Source: an uncultured Candidatus Saccharibacteria bacterium (GTDB taxonomy: Bacteria > Patescibacteriota > Minisyncoccia > Phycocordibacterales > UBA9973). Taken from it: 64,000 nucleotides of DNA. The notes beneath the pieces are model-generated. The model made no database searches. It was not told the DNA's origin and saw only the letters and a list, made by a program, of their open reading frames with translations. Made by a program: the position numbers and the translations under genes. The stretch spans positions 60,641 through 124,640 of the forward strand of contig CAYREQ010000002.1 in assembly GCA_964423445.1 (NCBI GenBank). Direction: 5' to 3'. Shown here piece by piece: positions 21,207 through 30,453 of the stretch. How positions within the stretch are numbered: the stretch's first letter is position 1; each line of letters opens with the position of its first letter.

Positions 21207-22046
21207 ATGAAAAAAAGAAAAATTCTCGCAAATGGTAAATTTTTTCTAAATAGAAAGTTGAAGATTTTTTTTGCTATATTTATCTTTACAGTAGGTATAG
21301 TATTTTACTCTGTTTTTCATTTTGGTTTTACCCCAGATTTACTTACAAAGTTATCTTTTTATGTTAACTTGGCAAATCCTTATGTAAAAATAGTGAGAGT
21401 AGAAGAAGGCCTACGCAAAGAACAAATAGCAGAAATAGTGGGTGAGAAGCTTGGCTGGGATGAAAAAGAAAAGAGTGAGTTTATAAATGCTCACCTAGCT
21501 TTGAATACAGAAGACCAAGAGGGTAGGTATTTCCCAAAAACTTATTTGATAGATAAAGATAGCAATCCTATCGAAGTCAGCAATACGATGTTTGAAGAGT
21601 TTTCTAAGCAGACAGAAAAAATAAAAAAGCCAAAATCTAAAGATATAATAAATGAAGATGCTGTGGTGACTATCGCTTCTATAATCCAGCGAGAATCAAA
21701 TGGTAAAGATGATATGAAATTGATCTCTGGGATTATTTGGAATCGTATTTTTTTGGGCATGAAGCTACAGATGGATGCGACCTTGCAATATGCTAAAGGA
21801 AACGAAGAAGATGGCTGGTGGGGGCAGGTAAAATCTGAAGATAAAAAAATAGACTCAGATTATAATACTTATCTTCACAATGGCTTTCCTCCAGGAGCGA
21901 TAGCAAACCCAGGACTCGCAGCAATGGAGGCTGCTTATAACCCCCAAAAGACAGATTGTATATTTTATCTACATGATAGGAAAAGTAAGATTCATTGTGC
22001 CAAAACATACGAAGAACACAAGAGGAATATAGAGAGATATTATTAG
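21207..22046 (+). CDS. mltG: Endolytic transglycosylase MltG (YceG family)
   Basis: EGRYFPKTY, ASIIQRE, MKLQMDAT, YNTY...GFPPGAIANPG. Confidence 0.92.
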   Translation: MKKRKILANGKFFLNRKLKIFFAIFIFTVGIVFYSVFHFGFTPDLLTKLSFYVNLANPYVKIVRVEEGLRKEQIAEIVGEKLGWDEKEKSEFINAHLALNTEDQEGRYFPKTYLIDKDSNPIEVSNTMFEEFSKQTEKIKKPKSKDIINEDAVVTIASIIQRESNGKDDMKLISGIIWNRIFLGMKLQMDATLQYAKGNEEDGWWGQVKSEDKKIDSDYNTYLHNGFPPGAIANPGLAAMEAAYNPQKTDCIFYLHDRKSKIHCAKTYEEHKRNIERYY

Positions 22047-22087
22047 ATATTGCATTTTTGCTAGAATACTATAAAATGGTTTTATCT

Positions 22088-22161
22088 GGGCCCTTAGCTC
22101 ATCTGGCTAGAGCGCCTCATTTGCAATGAGGAGGTGGCAGGTTCGAGTCCTGTAGGGTCCA
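22088..22161 (+). tRNA. tRNA-Ala(UGC)
   Basis: Cloverleaf, anticodon arm CCTCA-TTTGCAA-TGAGG, G3:U70 pair; CCA not encoded. Confidence 0.95.
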
Positions 22162-22199
22162 CAAGAAAAAACACTTTAGGTGTTTTTTCTTTTTTAAAT

Positions 22200-22271
22200 T
22201 CGGGAGTAGCTCAGCGGTAGAGCGGTCGCCTGTTAAGCGATTGGTCGTAGGTTCGATCCCTACCTCCCGAG
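22200..22271 (+). tRNA. tRNA-Asn(GUU)
   Basis: Cloverleaf, anticodon arm GTCGC-CTGTTAA-GCGAT, GTTCGA T loop; CCA not encoded. Confidence 0.95.
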
Positions 22272-22275
22272 CATT

Positions 22276-22443
22276 GTGAAAAAAATATTTATAGTTTTTA
22301 TAATCCTAGCCTTTATAGTACCTTCTGTATCTTTTGCTCACCCTGGAAGGACTGATAAAAGAGGAGGACATACTTGTCGCACAAATTGTCCCAAATGGGG
22401 TCTTCGATATGGTCAATACCATTTTCACTACAAAAAAAGATAA
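22276..22443 (+). CDS. 55-aa secreted YHYH-domain peptide (absent from the ORF track)
   Basis: MKKIFIVFIILAFIVPSVSFA signal peptide followed by HPGRTDKRGGHTCRTNCPKWGLRYGQYHFHYKKR. Confidence 0.8.
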   Translation: MKKIFIVFIILAFIVPSVSFAHPGRTDKRGGHTCRTNCPKWGLRYGQYHFHYKKR

Positions 22444-22498
22444 TCTATGAGTTCAAAAATAAACAAATATTTAATTATAAATTTTAATAAAAAATAAT

Positions 22499-22879
22499 AT
22501 GAAAATAGATAGTGGAAAATATGTAGATGGGTTTGTAATACCAATAAAAAAGAAAGATTTAAAAGCATACAAAAAAATGGCAATATGGGGAGCCGAGATG
22601 TGGAAAAAGAATGGAGCTTTGGAATACTTTGAGTGTGTAGGGGATGATATAAAAGTTAAAAAAGGAATGCCACAAAAAGGCTTTATCAAGCTTGCAGGGC
22701 TTAAACCAGACGAGACTGTGGTGTTTTCTTGGATTGTATTTAAATCTCGCAAGCACAGAGACGAAGTCAATAAAAAAGTAATGAATGACCCAAGTATGAA
22801 AGATTTTGACCCTTCTACTATGCCAGTAGACATGAAGCGTTTTGTGACCGGAGGATTCAAGCCAATAGTAGAGGCTTAA
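22499..22879 (+). CDS. DUF1428 (YbaA-like) protein
   Basis: YVDGFVIP, LEYFECVGDD, VVFSWIVFKSRKHRDEVN, DMKRF..GGF. Confidence 0.88.
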   Translation: MKIDSGKYVDGFVIPIKKKDLKAYKKMAIWGAEMWKKNGALEYFECVGDDIKVKKGMPQKGFIKLAGLKPDETVVFSWIVFKSRKHRDEVNKKVMNDPSMKDFDPSTMPVDMKRFVTGGFKPIVEA

Positions 22880-22888
22880 ATATAATAA

Positions 22889-22920
22889 AAAAAATCACCT
22901 TAGAAATAAGGTGATTTTTT
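22889..22920. terminator. Bidirectional terminator
   Basis: AAAAAATCACCTTA-GAAA-TAAGGTGATTTTT between convergent genes. Confidence 0.85.
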
Positions 22921-22933
22921 CTTTGAGATGTAA

Positions 22934-23443
22934 TTATTTTACAACTACCACAGAAGCAAATATTTCTTTTGTAGGTCCACCCTCAGTTTCAATTGCAGAG
23001 ATTTTTATATCAGTCGTACCTGTATTTTCTGCTAAGAAATTCCATTCTCTAGTACCCGCATTGTTTGGTATAGTAGATGGTTTTAATCCACGGCTTTCCA
23101 ATACTAGTGAAGATTCAGCATAAGTCATTGAGATAGAAAAATATCCTCCTGTGCGCTCTGGTATGCTGACTGTAAATTTATCTCCTTTGTTAAAAGTAAA
23201 TGTCTTGCCATTATCTTTTTCGGTAATTTTGTTAGTATTTTTTTGTTCAATTTTTGGAGTAACTACTGGTTTATTTTCTGTTGTCTCTTTTGGGGTAGTA
23301 GGAATTTCCAAATTATTTTGTTCTGCGACTGGAGATGATTCCTCAACCTTTGGAGACAATGCTTTATTTTTATTAAATACAAAAACTACAATACCAATGA
23401 TTACTAATAAAACTACTAAGATATAAATTTTGTGTTTTTCCAT
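22934..23443 (-). CDS. Membrane-anchored protein with a chagasin/I42 protease inhibitor-like Ig domain
   Basis: TEKDNGKTFTFNKGDKFTVSIP...GY...GTREWNFLAENTGTTDIKI; the canonical NPTTGY loop is diverged. Confidence 0.55.
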   Translation of the reverse strand: MEKHKIYILVVLLVIIGIVVFVFNKNKALSPKVEESSPVAEQNNLEIPTTPKETTENKPVVTPKIEQKNTNKITEKDNGKTFTFNKGDKFTVSIPERTGGYFSISMTYAESSLVLESRGLKPSTIPNNAGTREWNFLAENTGTTDIKISAIETEGGPTKEIFASVVVVK

Positions 23444-23524
23444 ACTGGCATTATATCATAATTAAAAATATGCAAAACACAGTAAATTATTTGCATTTTT
23501 GGTTGCAGGGAGTATTATGTGTTT

Positions 23525-24415
23525 ATGACGTATTTTACTAAGAAAAATTTAATAGAAGGGCTTTTTATAGGGTTTTTGGTTGTTTTTAGCTTTAGTATTT
23601 TTACAAATAAGGCAGATGCTCAGTATATTTATTCGACAAATACCCCGAATAATCCTTCCAGTTATGCATATTATAGGCAAATATGTCCTGCAGACTATAC
23701 TCTCACAGTCTATAATACCAATCAGTATATGTGCTACAAGATTTTTGGTGGTGGTCAAGTACTTGGGGCGTCTACGACAAACTATAACTATAATTCAATA
23801 TCATCACCTAGCTTTATAGCAGGATGTTTACCAGGATATATGTACTCTGAATTAACCGGACAGAGATGTGATGGTAATTATTATTACAACGGTAATTTAA
23901 ATGGCGGTGAAGGTGATATATCAAAGTTTGATGTCAGAGATGGGAATGATATCAATCCACAAGAGGGTGATAATGATGCAGAGATTATAGAAGTAAGATT
24001 TGATGCAGATAATAGTGATATTAGACTAGATAGAATAGAGTTTGATTTTGAATTTACTGGCAATAGCAATGGGGAAGATATACCATGGAATGTTTTTGAT
24101 CAAATTAGACTTTTATCAGACGGGGACGAGATAGCACAGATGGATAGTGACAGCAGGAGCGATTGGGATAAAGAAGATGATGATACTTATAGTATAGTTT
24201 TTTCTGGTTTAAATGAAATAATAAGAGAAAATGATAGAGCAAATCTAACCTTAGAAGTCGATATAAATTCAGATATCACTGTATTAAATAACAATGATAC
24301 TTCTTGGGATATATATATTCCTGATGATGGACTAAGGGCTCGTGATGGAAATGGAAATGCTATCTATGCTGGAAATGACTCTGATAGTGTATCAATAAAC
24401 ATTGAAGAAAATTAA
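23525..24415 (+). CDS. Secreted acidic surface or S-layer-like protein
   Basis: Signal peptide (ADA-Q), GCLPGYMYSELTGQRCDG Cys motif, D/E/N-rich beta-sandwich-like C-terminus. Confidence 0.6.
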   Translation: MTYFTKKNLIEGLFIGFLVVFSFSIFTNKADAQYIYSTNTPNNPSSYAYYRQICPADYTLTVYNTNQYMCYKIFGGGQVLGASTTNYNYNSISSPSFIAGCLPGYMYSELTGQRCDGNYYYNGNLNGGEGDISKFDVRDGNDINPQEGDNDAEIIEVRFDADNSDIRLDRIEFDFEFTGNSNGEDIPWNVFDQIRLLSDGDEIAQMDSDSRSDWDKEDDDTYSIVFSGLNEIIRENDRANLTLEVDINSDITVLNNNDTSWDIYIPDDGLRARDGNGNAIYAGNDSDSVSINIEEN

Positions 24416-24523
24416 TCTATAAAATACAATGAGTTAAATTGACAAGTAGCATAAATTATGTTACGAATATTTTGTAGTAAGTTCTTCAACAACAATTCAA
24501 CAAATTTCCTTTGGAGGTAAAAG

Positions 24524-25279
24524 GTGAAAAAACTAGTTTTATTTTTGGTTTTTTTCTTGGCGTTCACAGTGAGTGCACAAGAGGAGACTACGGAAGAATC
24601 GAAGACAAACATATCAGGAACGATAGGTTTCTCTTCCATGTACCATGATTTTGAGGTCGGCGGAGATACTTTCCGCGGCTTCGTGCAAAACAATTCCTTT
24701 ACTGTCGAGCGTAGACTTAACAAAAAAGTCAGCGTTTACGCGGACTTTTGGGGGCAGTATGCCCTCGCGAAACGGCATCCAAATGAAGCCGAAGAGTTTT
24801 ACTTCGGTGGTGGTGTCGTTTACAATCCGCGACCGACGACGACGATTGATTTCTACGCCGGAAACTCAAAGCTCAACGAGCACATCAATTTACAAATGTT
24901 CGGCGTCACTGTCGAACAAGAGACGAAGGTGGGCAAGGTGCCGTTGAAGTTTTCGAACAACTTCATCGCCTTTAAATCGTCCAGACCCCACGAATTAAAC
25001 GGGGGCGTGGTAGACAAGATGAACGTATCGAGTTTCGTTGAGCTACCAAAGAAAATCAAACTCACAGGGGAAGCCGGCATCGGTTTCGACAACGGACCCC
25101 TCGGGTTTGAAGGCCCCGCCACGCTTCTTTTTTTCGAAGGGGAAGTCGAGCGGGAGATAAATAAAAATTGGAGTGCTTTTTTCACTCTTCGTCACACCCG
25201 GCCGATAGCTGGAGAGACGCTCCGAGGGCCGATTACATCGGCATCTTTTGGAATCAAGTTCAACTTCGATTTCAAATAA
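24524..25279 (+). CDS. Secreted beta-rich, porin/beta-barrel-like protein with GC-rich codon usage
   Basis: Signal peptide VSA-Q, alternating amphipathic strands, C-terminus FGIKFNFDFK, GGAGGT SD site. Confidence 0.55.
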   Translation: MKKLVLFLVFFLAFTVSAQEETTEESKTNISGTIGFSSMYHDFEVGGDTFRGFVQNNSFTVERRLNKKVSVYADFWGQYALAKRHPNEAEEFYFGGGVVYNPRPTTTIDFYAGNSKLNEHINLQMFGVTVEQETKVGKVPLKFSNNFIAFKSSRPHELNGGVVDKMNVSSFVELPKKIKLTGEAGIGFDNGPLGFEGPATLLFFEGEVEREINKNWSAFFTLRHTRPIAGETLRGPITSASFGIKFNFDFK

Positions 25280-25328
25280 CCGCCTACCAGAAAACCGAAT
25301 GCGTTTTCTCGTAGGCGGTTTTCTTTTT
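25278..25328 (+). terminator. Long hairpin terminator
   Basis: AACCGCCTAC-C-AGAAAAC...GTTTTCT-C-GTAGGCGGTT followed by a T tract. Confidence 0.75.
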
Positions 25329-25382
25329 ATATTAGTAGACTTTAATTTTTTTAGGTATATAGTCATAGAGGAGGTGACTATT

Positions 25383-25886
25383 ATGTCATTGTTGTTATTT
25401 AAAAATTTGGCGAAATACGTCGCCAAAAGTATCGTTTTAGCTATCATGATTACCTTTGTGGTCAGTATAGCTAATGGGCAAAAAAAACAGCGTCCTAAAA
25501 AAAATGTATCTAAAAAGACCGCGATGGTGAGAGTTCACAAAAAAATTCGGCGCCCAGAGCCGAAAAGGTATATCTCACCTGTCTTACCAAAAATTTTGGT
25601 ACCGTCGGAACCCTTACACAGGGAATTACATTACACTGAGGAAAGCTGGACCGACGCGATGGCGTCGAAATTCATAATCGTTTCTTTTAGGCCAAATGGT
25701 GGAATATTGTCGTATCGTGTCATGCATGATGCCACTGAAGAACTTTTTTCCATCAAGGTCGATTCGGAAACAGCTTATCTTGTTCCTGTAAAGGAAAAGA
25801 ATGGCGACCTAGAAGGGTGCTTTATGATGGCGTACTGCAAAGTACACAACACGGCACTAATCCTTTCACAAGTTCAATGTTTCTAA
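25383..25886 (+). CDS. Hypothetical secreted protein
   Basis: GAGGAGGTG SD site before ATG 25383; hydrophobic signal ending ANG-Q; basic linker. Confidence 0.65.
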   Translation: MSLLLFKNLAKYVAKSIVLAIMITFVVSIANGQKKQRPKKNVSKKTAMVRVHKKIRRPEPKRYISPVLPKILVPSEPLHRELHYTEESWTDAMASKFIIVSFRPNGGILSYRVMHDATEELFSIKVDSETAYLVPVKEKNGDLEGCFMMAYCKVHNTALILSQVQCF

Positions 25887-25907
25887 TATAAAGGTATTTT
25901 TTATTCA

Positions 25908-25935
25908 AGCGCCGAGTAATCTCGGCGCAATTTTT
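25908..25935. terminator. Hairpin terminator
   Basis: GCGCCGAG-TAAT-CTCGGCGC between convergent genes. Confidence 0.75.
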
Positions 25936-25947
25936 AATTTATCAAGT

Positions 25948-27486
25948 CTAAGCAAAACCAGGGAAGAAGTCTATCTTTATATTTCTTTTAGGTATACCGA
26001 TAGATTTTAAAGTCTTTTCAAAAGCATTAACCATACCATGTGGACCTGATATATAAAACATTTTATTCATATAATTTGGGACTTCTTTTTTGATAACATC
26101 AGCATCTATAAATCCACCGTACATAGAATCTCCAGCTACGGGCTCACCTTTATCTGTGATAGCATACACGGTTTTTATTCCGAGCTTCTTTTCTGCTTCA
26201 TCAAAAATTTCTTTATAAGATATATCAGTTACTTTTTTATTTGAGTACAACAGGGTGATATTTCTTTTTTCATTTGTGTCTATCAAATATTTAATCATGC
26301 TCCTAAAAGGAGTAATTCCTATACCACCCGCAATAAAGACCAATTCTTTTTGGTGATTTTTGGGTAATACGAAATCACCAGATCTCTGCCCAGCCACTAT
26401 CTCATCACCTATTTGTAGTGCCAATAATTTGTTTTTAAAACTACTAGGCTCAGGATAAAATTTTACTCCCAAATGTATCTCTTTTTCTGTGGGAGAAGAG
26501 GCGATAGTGAAATATCTTCTATTTCCACGAGTATCTGGGCTCCTGTGTTTTAGTGTCCATTCCATATATTGTCCTGGTTTAAAATTTATTTTTTCATTAT
26601 TTTCAAAAATAAAATCAAATGTATCTGTACCTACTTCTATACGTTTTTTTAATTTCAAGAAAAGCTTTTCTTTTGGGCTGACTATATACGCAAAGATATT
26701 TCCTATAACCAAAGCCAATTCTGGAGTCGAATAAAATCCTCCTATATGCAAAGCAGGTGTAAATAAAAATCCCACCAAGATACCAAAAGAAATTCGGAGC
26801 CATTTTGTAGTAGGTGAGGTGAGTGGTTCTGTCAGCATTACAAAAGCAAAGAAAAAGAAAGCAGAATTTTTTAAGGTTATCAAGAGAGTATTTAAAATAT
26901 TTGATGAATCTGAACCTTTAAAAAATGCCAAGACGGCTATGCTGAATAAAGCAGATATGAAAAAGCTCACAAATAATTCTACATGACGTATTTTTCTAAT
27001 TATCAATACTCCACCCAATATAACGATAGGAAGCATAGCAGGCGTACCTATCCACCAGCTAGCTGAATAATTTATAGCTAAAGATACGATGACTACAGCG
27101 ATAGCGACTGGATTAAAGATATGCTTTCTATTTATTGCAAATATGTATTTTGAAGCTACACCCCAGATACTGGCCCATAATGCTAGGGGCAAAAATTGTG
27201 AGTATGTCCCGCCTTCAATTGGGGTAATTATAAAAAATAGTATTAGAGCTGTGATGTATATAGATTCTACATTTGTCGGAGCTTTATATACATAAGAAAA
27301 AACAATGTGAGAAATATATGATACTACCAGTATAAACAATAGAGATATGGTTAAGTCTACAGGTGTGTAAGGTAGTAGTTTGAAAAACGATAATACCAAT
27401 GCTGACGCAAAAAAGAAACACAATACATATAGCACCACGCGGTACATAGTAGTCTTATTTAAAAAGTTGTCTATAAAATTAAGCAT
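25948..27486 (-). CDS. NqrB/RnfD-like membrane domain fused to an FNR-type FAD/NAD-binding oxidoreductase
   Basis: KHIFNP and FVMLTEPLTSP (RnfD-like); FKPGQY, RYFTIASSP, AGGIGITPFRSM and YISGP (FNR-like). Confidence 0.88.
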   Translation of the reverse strand: MLNFIDNFLNKTTMYRVVLYVLCFFFASALVLSFFKLLPYTPVDLTISLLFILVVSYISHIVFSYVYKAPTNVESIYITALILFFIITPIEGGTYSQFLPLALWASIWGVASKYIFAINRKHIFNPVAIAVVIVSLAINYSASWWIGTPAMLPIVILGGVLIIRKIRHVELFVSFFISALFSIAVLAFFKGSDSSNILNTLLITLKNSAFFFFAFVMLTEPLTSPTTKWLRISFGILVGFLFTPALHIGGFYSTPELALVIGNIFAYIVSPKEKLFLKLKKRIEVGTDTFDFIFENNEKINFKPGQYMEWTLKHRSPDTRGNRRYFTIASSPTEKEIHLGVKFYPEPSSFKNKLLALQIGDEIVAGQRSGDFVLPKNHQKELVFIAGGIGITPFRSMIKYLIDTNEKRNITLLYSNKKVTDISYKEIFDEAEKKLGIKTVYAITDKGEPVAGDSMYGGFIDADVIKKEVPNYMNKMFYISGPHGMVNAFEKTLKSIGIPKRNIKIDFFPGFA

Positions 27487-28240
27487 AAATTTTTTCTTTT
27501 GTATATTCATCAAAACCAGTAGTCATAGTAGCGATACCATTTTTATCTATAGAGTATGCTTCAAAACCCGGTAGCTCTTCTATGAAGTATATTCCATTTT
27601 TACCCATAGCAAAAGCAGCGGTCGCATACCTATCTGCTTCAAAAATATTTGGACCAATTACTGTGATACTAGTCACGTCTTCTATTTTCTCTGTCTTGTT
27701 TTTTGGGTTGTAGATATGATCTCCTCGTACGTAGTTTCCTGAGGTGGCTATTCCTTTATTATCAAGGTAAACTTTTTTTATTATCTCTCTTTTTTTATTA
27801 AATGGATTTTGAATACCGACGCACCATGATTTTCCTTGTTCATTTTTGCCAAAAGTTTCAGTGTCTCCTCCAGCTTCTACGTAGAAATTTTTTACACCTC
27901 TATCTTTTAAGATTTTACCTGCATTAAATATAGACCAGCCTTTGACTATGCCCGAAGGGTCTATTTCTCCACCCGGAGTTACAATGTCAAAATATCCATC
28001 TGTTAGATTTTTTGTCTCCTTGGCTAATTTAAAAATTTCTTTCATATCAGTACTCATATCTTTTTCCAGTATTTCTTTTCTGTTTATTTTCATTATTTCA
28101 CTATCATTTTTATAAGTACTAAATTTTTGATCTACATATTTGAAATAATTAAAAACCTCTTCAAAAAAATTTTCTTTGGCTTCAGAATCTACAATCTCTA
28201 CTATTATAGGTGTGCCCATTATGATCTCTGTCTGTTTCAT
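27479..28240 (-). CDS. apbE: FAD:protein FMN transferase
   Basis: IMGT, DPSGIVKGW, VEAGGD, GIQNP, IATSGNYVRGDHIYNP, ADRYATAAFAMG. Confidence 0.93.
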   Translation of the reverse strand: MKQTEIIMGTPIIVEIVDSEAKENFFEEVFNYFKYVDQKFSTYKNDSEIMKINRKEILEKDMSTDMKEIFKLAKETKNLTDGYFDIVTPGGEIDPSGIVKGWSIFNAGKILKDRGVKNFYVEAGGDTETFGKNEQGKSWCVGIQNPFNKKREIIKKVYLDNKGIATSGNYVRGDHIYNPKNKTEKIEDVTSITVIGPNIFEADRYATAAFAMGKNGIYFIEELPGFEAYSIDKNGIATMTTGFDEYTKEKIYA

Positions 28241-28791
28241 TAAATTTTTGCTTTACTGAGTGCACCAGATAGAGACTCACGAAATGCGGCGCTAGTAAAA
28301 GATGCACCAGACACAGTATTTACATTTGCATCTTGGGCTACTATTGCCTCACTGGTTAGATAGGGCATAGCACGCTCATTTATACGCACAGAGGTCTGTC
28401 TGCCTTGTGGGTGGTCCAAGAACTGCACATCTGTTATTTTACCTCCAGAAATTACTGCTTTTACTTGGACATTGCCGTAATAGGCATCTGCTACTGGTCC
28501 TGTATAAGATCCATCTCTATACTTCCCATTGTTTATGACAGGAGGAGTGGGTGTAGTAGGAGTAGGTGTGGTTGGTTTTGTATCTCCACTTTTTGGGGTG
28601 CTAGGAGTCGTATTTGTGACAGGAGTAGAATTTTCTGTAGTTTTATTATAGGTAGGTAAGAGTAGGCTAATATCGGACTTATTATTGTTTAAAGTTGATA
28701 TTATTGGTACATCCGCTCCCAAAATTCTCACATATAGTGTGTAGGCAGAAAATACAAAAATTAAAGCCAAAGATAAGAATACTTTTTTCAT
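28240..28791 (-). CDS. Membrane-anchored FMN-binding domain protein (flavinylation substrate)
   Basis: YRDGSYTG...YGNVQVKAVISGGKITDV...VNTVSGASFTS containing the [S/T]GA[S/T] motif; Pro/Thr linker. Confidence 0.92.
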   Translation of the reverse strand: MKKVFLSLALIFVFSAYTLYVRILGADVPIISTLNNNKSDISLLLPTYNKTTENSTPVTNTTPSTPKSGDTKPTTPTPTTPTPPVINNGKYRDGSYTGPVADAYYGNVQVKAVISGGKITDVQFLDHPQGRQTSVRINERAMPYLTSEAIVAQDANVNTVSGASFTSAAFRESLSGALSKAKI

Positions 28792-28807
28792 ATAGTCATT
28801 ATACTAT

Positions 28808-28834
28808 ATATTTCATGAATTTCAGATGAAATAT
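28808..28834. promoter_or_regulatory. Candidate operator overlapping the flavinylation operon promoter
   Basis: Inverted repeat ATATTTCAT-N9-ATGAAATAT just upstream of a minus-strand TATAAT. Confidence 0.4.
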
Positions 28835-29935
28835 TTAGTCCTCAAATTCTATTTCATCAGAGTGAGATCTCCTAGAATTTTGTTCATCTCTACCAGAATC
28901 GTCTTCGTCTTCAAATTCTCCTTCATCTCCATGTTCAATCTCTATTTCGTGTTCTTCTATGTCATCATCATTATCAATTCCATGGTCGTCCTCTATCTCA
29001 CCCTTGATAACATTTGAAAGCATGAGTAATTTTATTGAGTTTAATTCAGTTATCACTACATTAGGTTTATTATTCTTTAGAGATTCTTCCGCTAGGGCAA
29101 ATTTTGCATCTATTTGGTTTTGGATATTTACTGATAGATTAATCTTCTCTTTTTGGTATAAAAGCTTGATTGAGTCTAGTAAATTTTTAGCTATAGTCTG
29201 ACCGTCATCTCTAAGACCTAACTCTAAATTTTTATTGTCGTCTCTAGATTTATTTTTTGAATTTTCTAATACAGCGATAAATTTTCCAGTCTCTTTTTTA
29301 TTATCATCACTTGAGTCTTCTTTTTCTATCATATTACCGAGGACACTCTGATATGCTTGCAGGGAAGCCTGCAGTCTGATACTCAAATCAGATGATTTTT
29401 CTACTTTACCTTCTTCTTTTGAAAGCTCATTTACGCTTGTGTTGAATATAGCTACTTCATTTTTTATATTTTCTTCTAGACTAGATCTTTTAGCTTCATC
29501 TAGCTTGCCGATAGATGCTAGATGATGGGCTTCTTTTAATCTTCTCTCTATTATTCTTTCTTTCCACTCAGTTTTTTCTTCTTTAGTAAATGCAAAAACG
29601 CCAGCCAGTGGCTCATTTACAGATACCTTTACTTTATATAAAAAATCCCCAGGTACAGATTTTTCTGCAAAAGCAGAAGTCCCACCTGTGATAAATACAA
29701 TACCCACCATTGCAAACGCACCTACAAATTTACTTTTATTAATCATAAAATAATTATTTTTAAAATCCTGATAATAAAAATATAGACGATTCGTATTTGA
29801 TTTTATTACAGGACTTTCGTTTTGCATACTAGGGGAAAATTCGTTTAGTATGTGATTACGCATAAATACCTTCTCATTATCACTGAGTTTTATGTTTTTC
29901 ACTGTTTTAATTATTTTTTCAAATTCTTTATCCAT
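28835..29935 (-). CDS. Putative anti-sigma factor (DUF5667-like) with an acidic, His-rich tail
   Basis: Overlaps the ECF sigma gene; TM helix then AEKSVPGDFLYKVKVSVNE...ERRLKEA. Confidence 0.7.
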   Translation of the reverse strand: MDKEFEKIIKTVKNIKLSDNEKVFMRNHILNEFSPSMQNESPVIKSNTNRLYFYYQDFKNNYFMINKSKFVGAFAMVGIVFITGGTSAFAEKSVPGDFLYKVKVSVNEPLAGVFAFTKEEKTEWKERIIERRLKEAHHLASIGKLDEAKRSSLEENIKNEVAIFNTSVNELSKEEGKVEKSSDLSIRLQASLQAYQSVLGNMIEKEDSSDDNKKETGKFIAVLENSKNKSRDDNKNLELGLRDDGQTIAKNLLDSIKLLYQKEKINLSVNIQNQIDAKFALAEESLKNNKPNVVITELNSIKLLMLSNVIKGEIEDDHGIDNDDDIEEHEIEIEHGDEGEFEDEDDSGRDEQNSRRSHSDEIEFED

Positions 29936-30446
29936 TTTTATTTTCTAAATTTTTTAATAATTCTTTCAGTTTTTCTTTTGCTCTACTTATCCTGACCAAT
30001 ATTGTATTTTCCCGTTCGCCAAGTAGCTCGGCCATATCTTTTGAGCTCATATCTTCTACATAGCGTAGAATGATAGCTTCTTTATCGGCAGGGGATAATT
30101 TATCTAAAAGTGAAAGAAAAACTGAATAATCGGACATACTCTCAATATTGTCTGTGTCAGATATAGATTCAAAGAAGCCCTCAGGTAGACTGCTCTCAGG
30201 TACGCTCTTTTTCTTTCTCCAAAAATCTATAACGGTATTTTTTGCAATCATATAAATAAAACTTTTTTCATTTTGTATTTCTTCTTTATTTAAATGGTTA
30301 TAAACCTTTATAAATACATCTTGGGTCAGATCTTTAGCAGTCTCCCTGTCTCCGGTTTTAAAATAACAAAATCGGAAAATAGCGTCTGCGTGAGTATCAT
30401 AAATTTGGCTAAACATATCTTTAATTTTTTCTTCTTTAGTATGCAT
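29928..30446 (-). CDS. ECF RNA polymerase sigma factor
   Basis: AKDLTQDVFIKVY, IAKNTVIDFWRK, region 4 ILLRY-like AIILRYVEDMS...ISRAKEKLK. Confidence 0.92.
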   Translation of the reverse strand: MHTKEEKIKDMFSQIYDTHADAIFRFCYFKTGDRETAKDLTQDVFIKVYNHLNKEEIQNEKSFIYMIAKNTVIDFWRKKKSVPESSLPEGFFESISDTDNIESMSDYSVFLSLLDKLSPADKEAIILRYVEDMSSKDMAELLGERENTILVRISRAKEKLKELLKNLENKNG

Positions 30447-30453
30447 AATTATT

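Noticed and set aside
25248-25382. N-terminal extension of the 212-aa ORF in the track
   Set aside because: It runs through the upstream terminator; the SD site supports ATG 25383.
22200-25940. Integrative island at tRNA-Asn
   Set aside because: Accessory genes follow the tRNA, but I found no integrase or duplicated tRNA 3' end.
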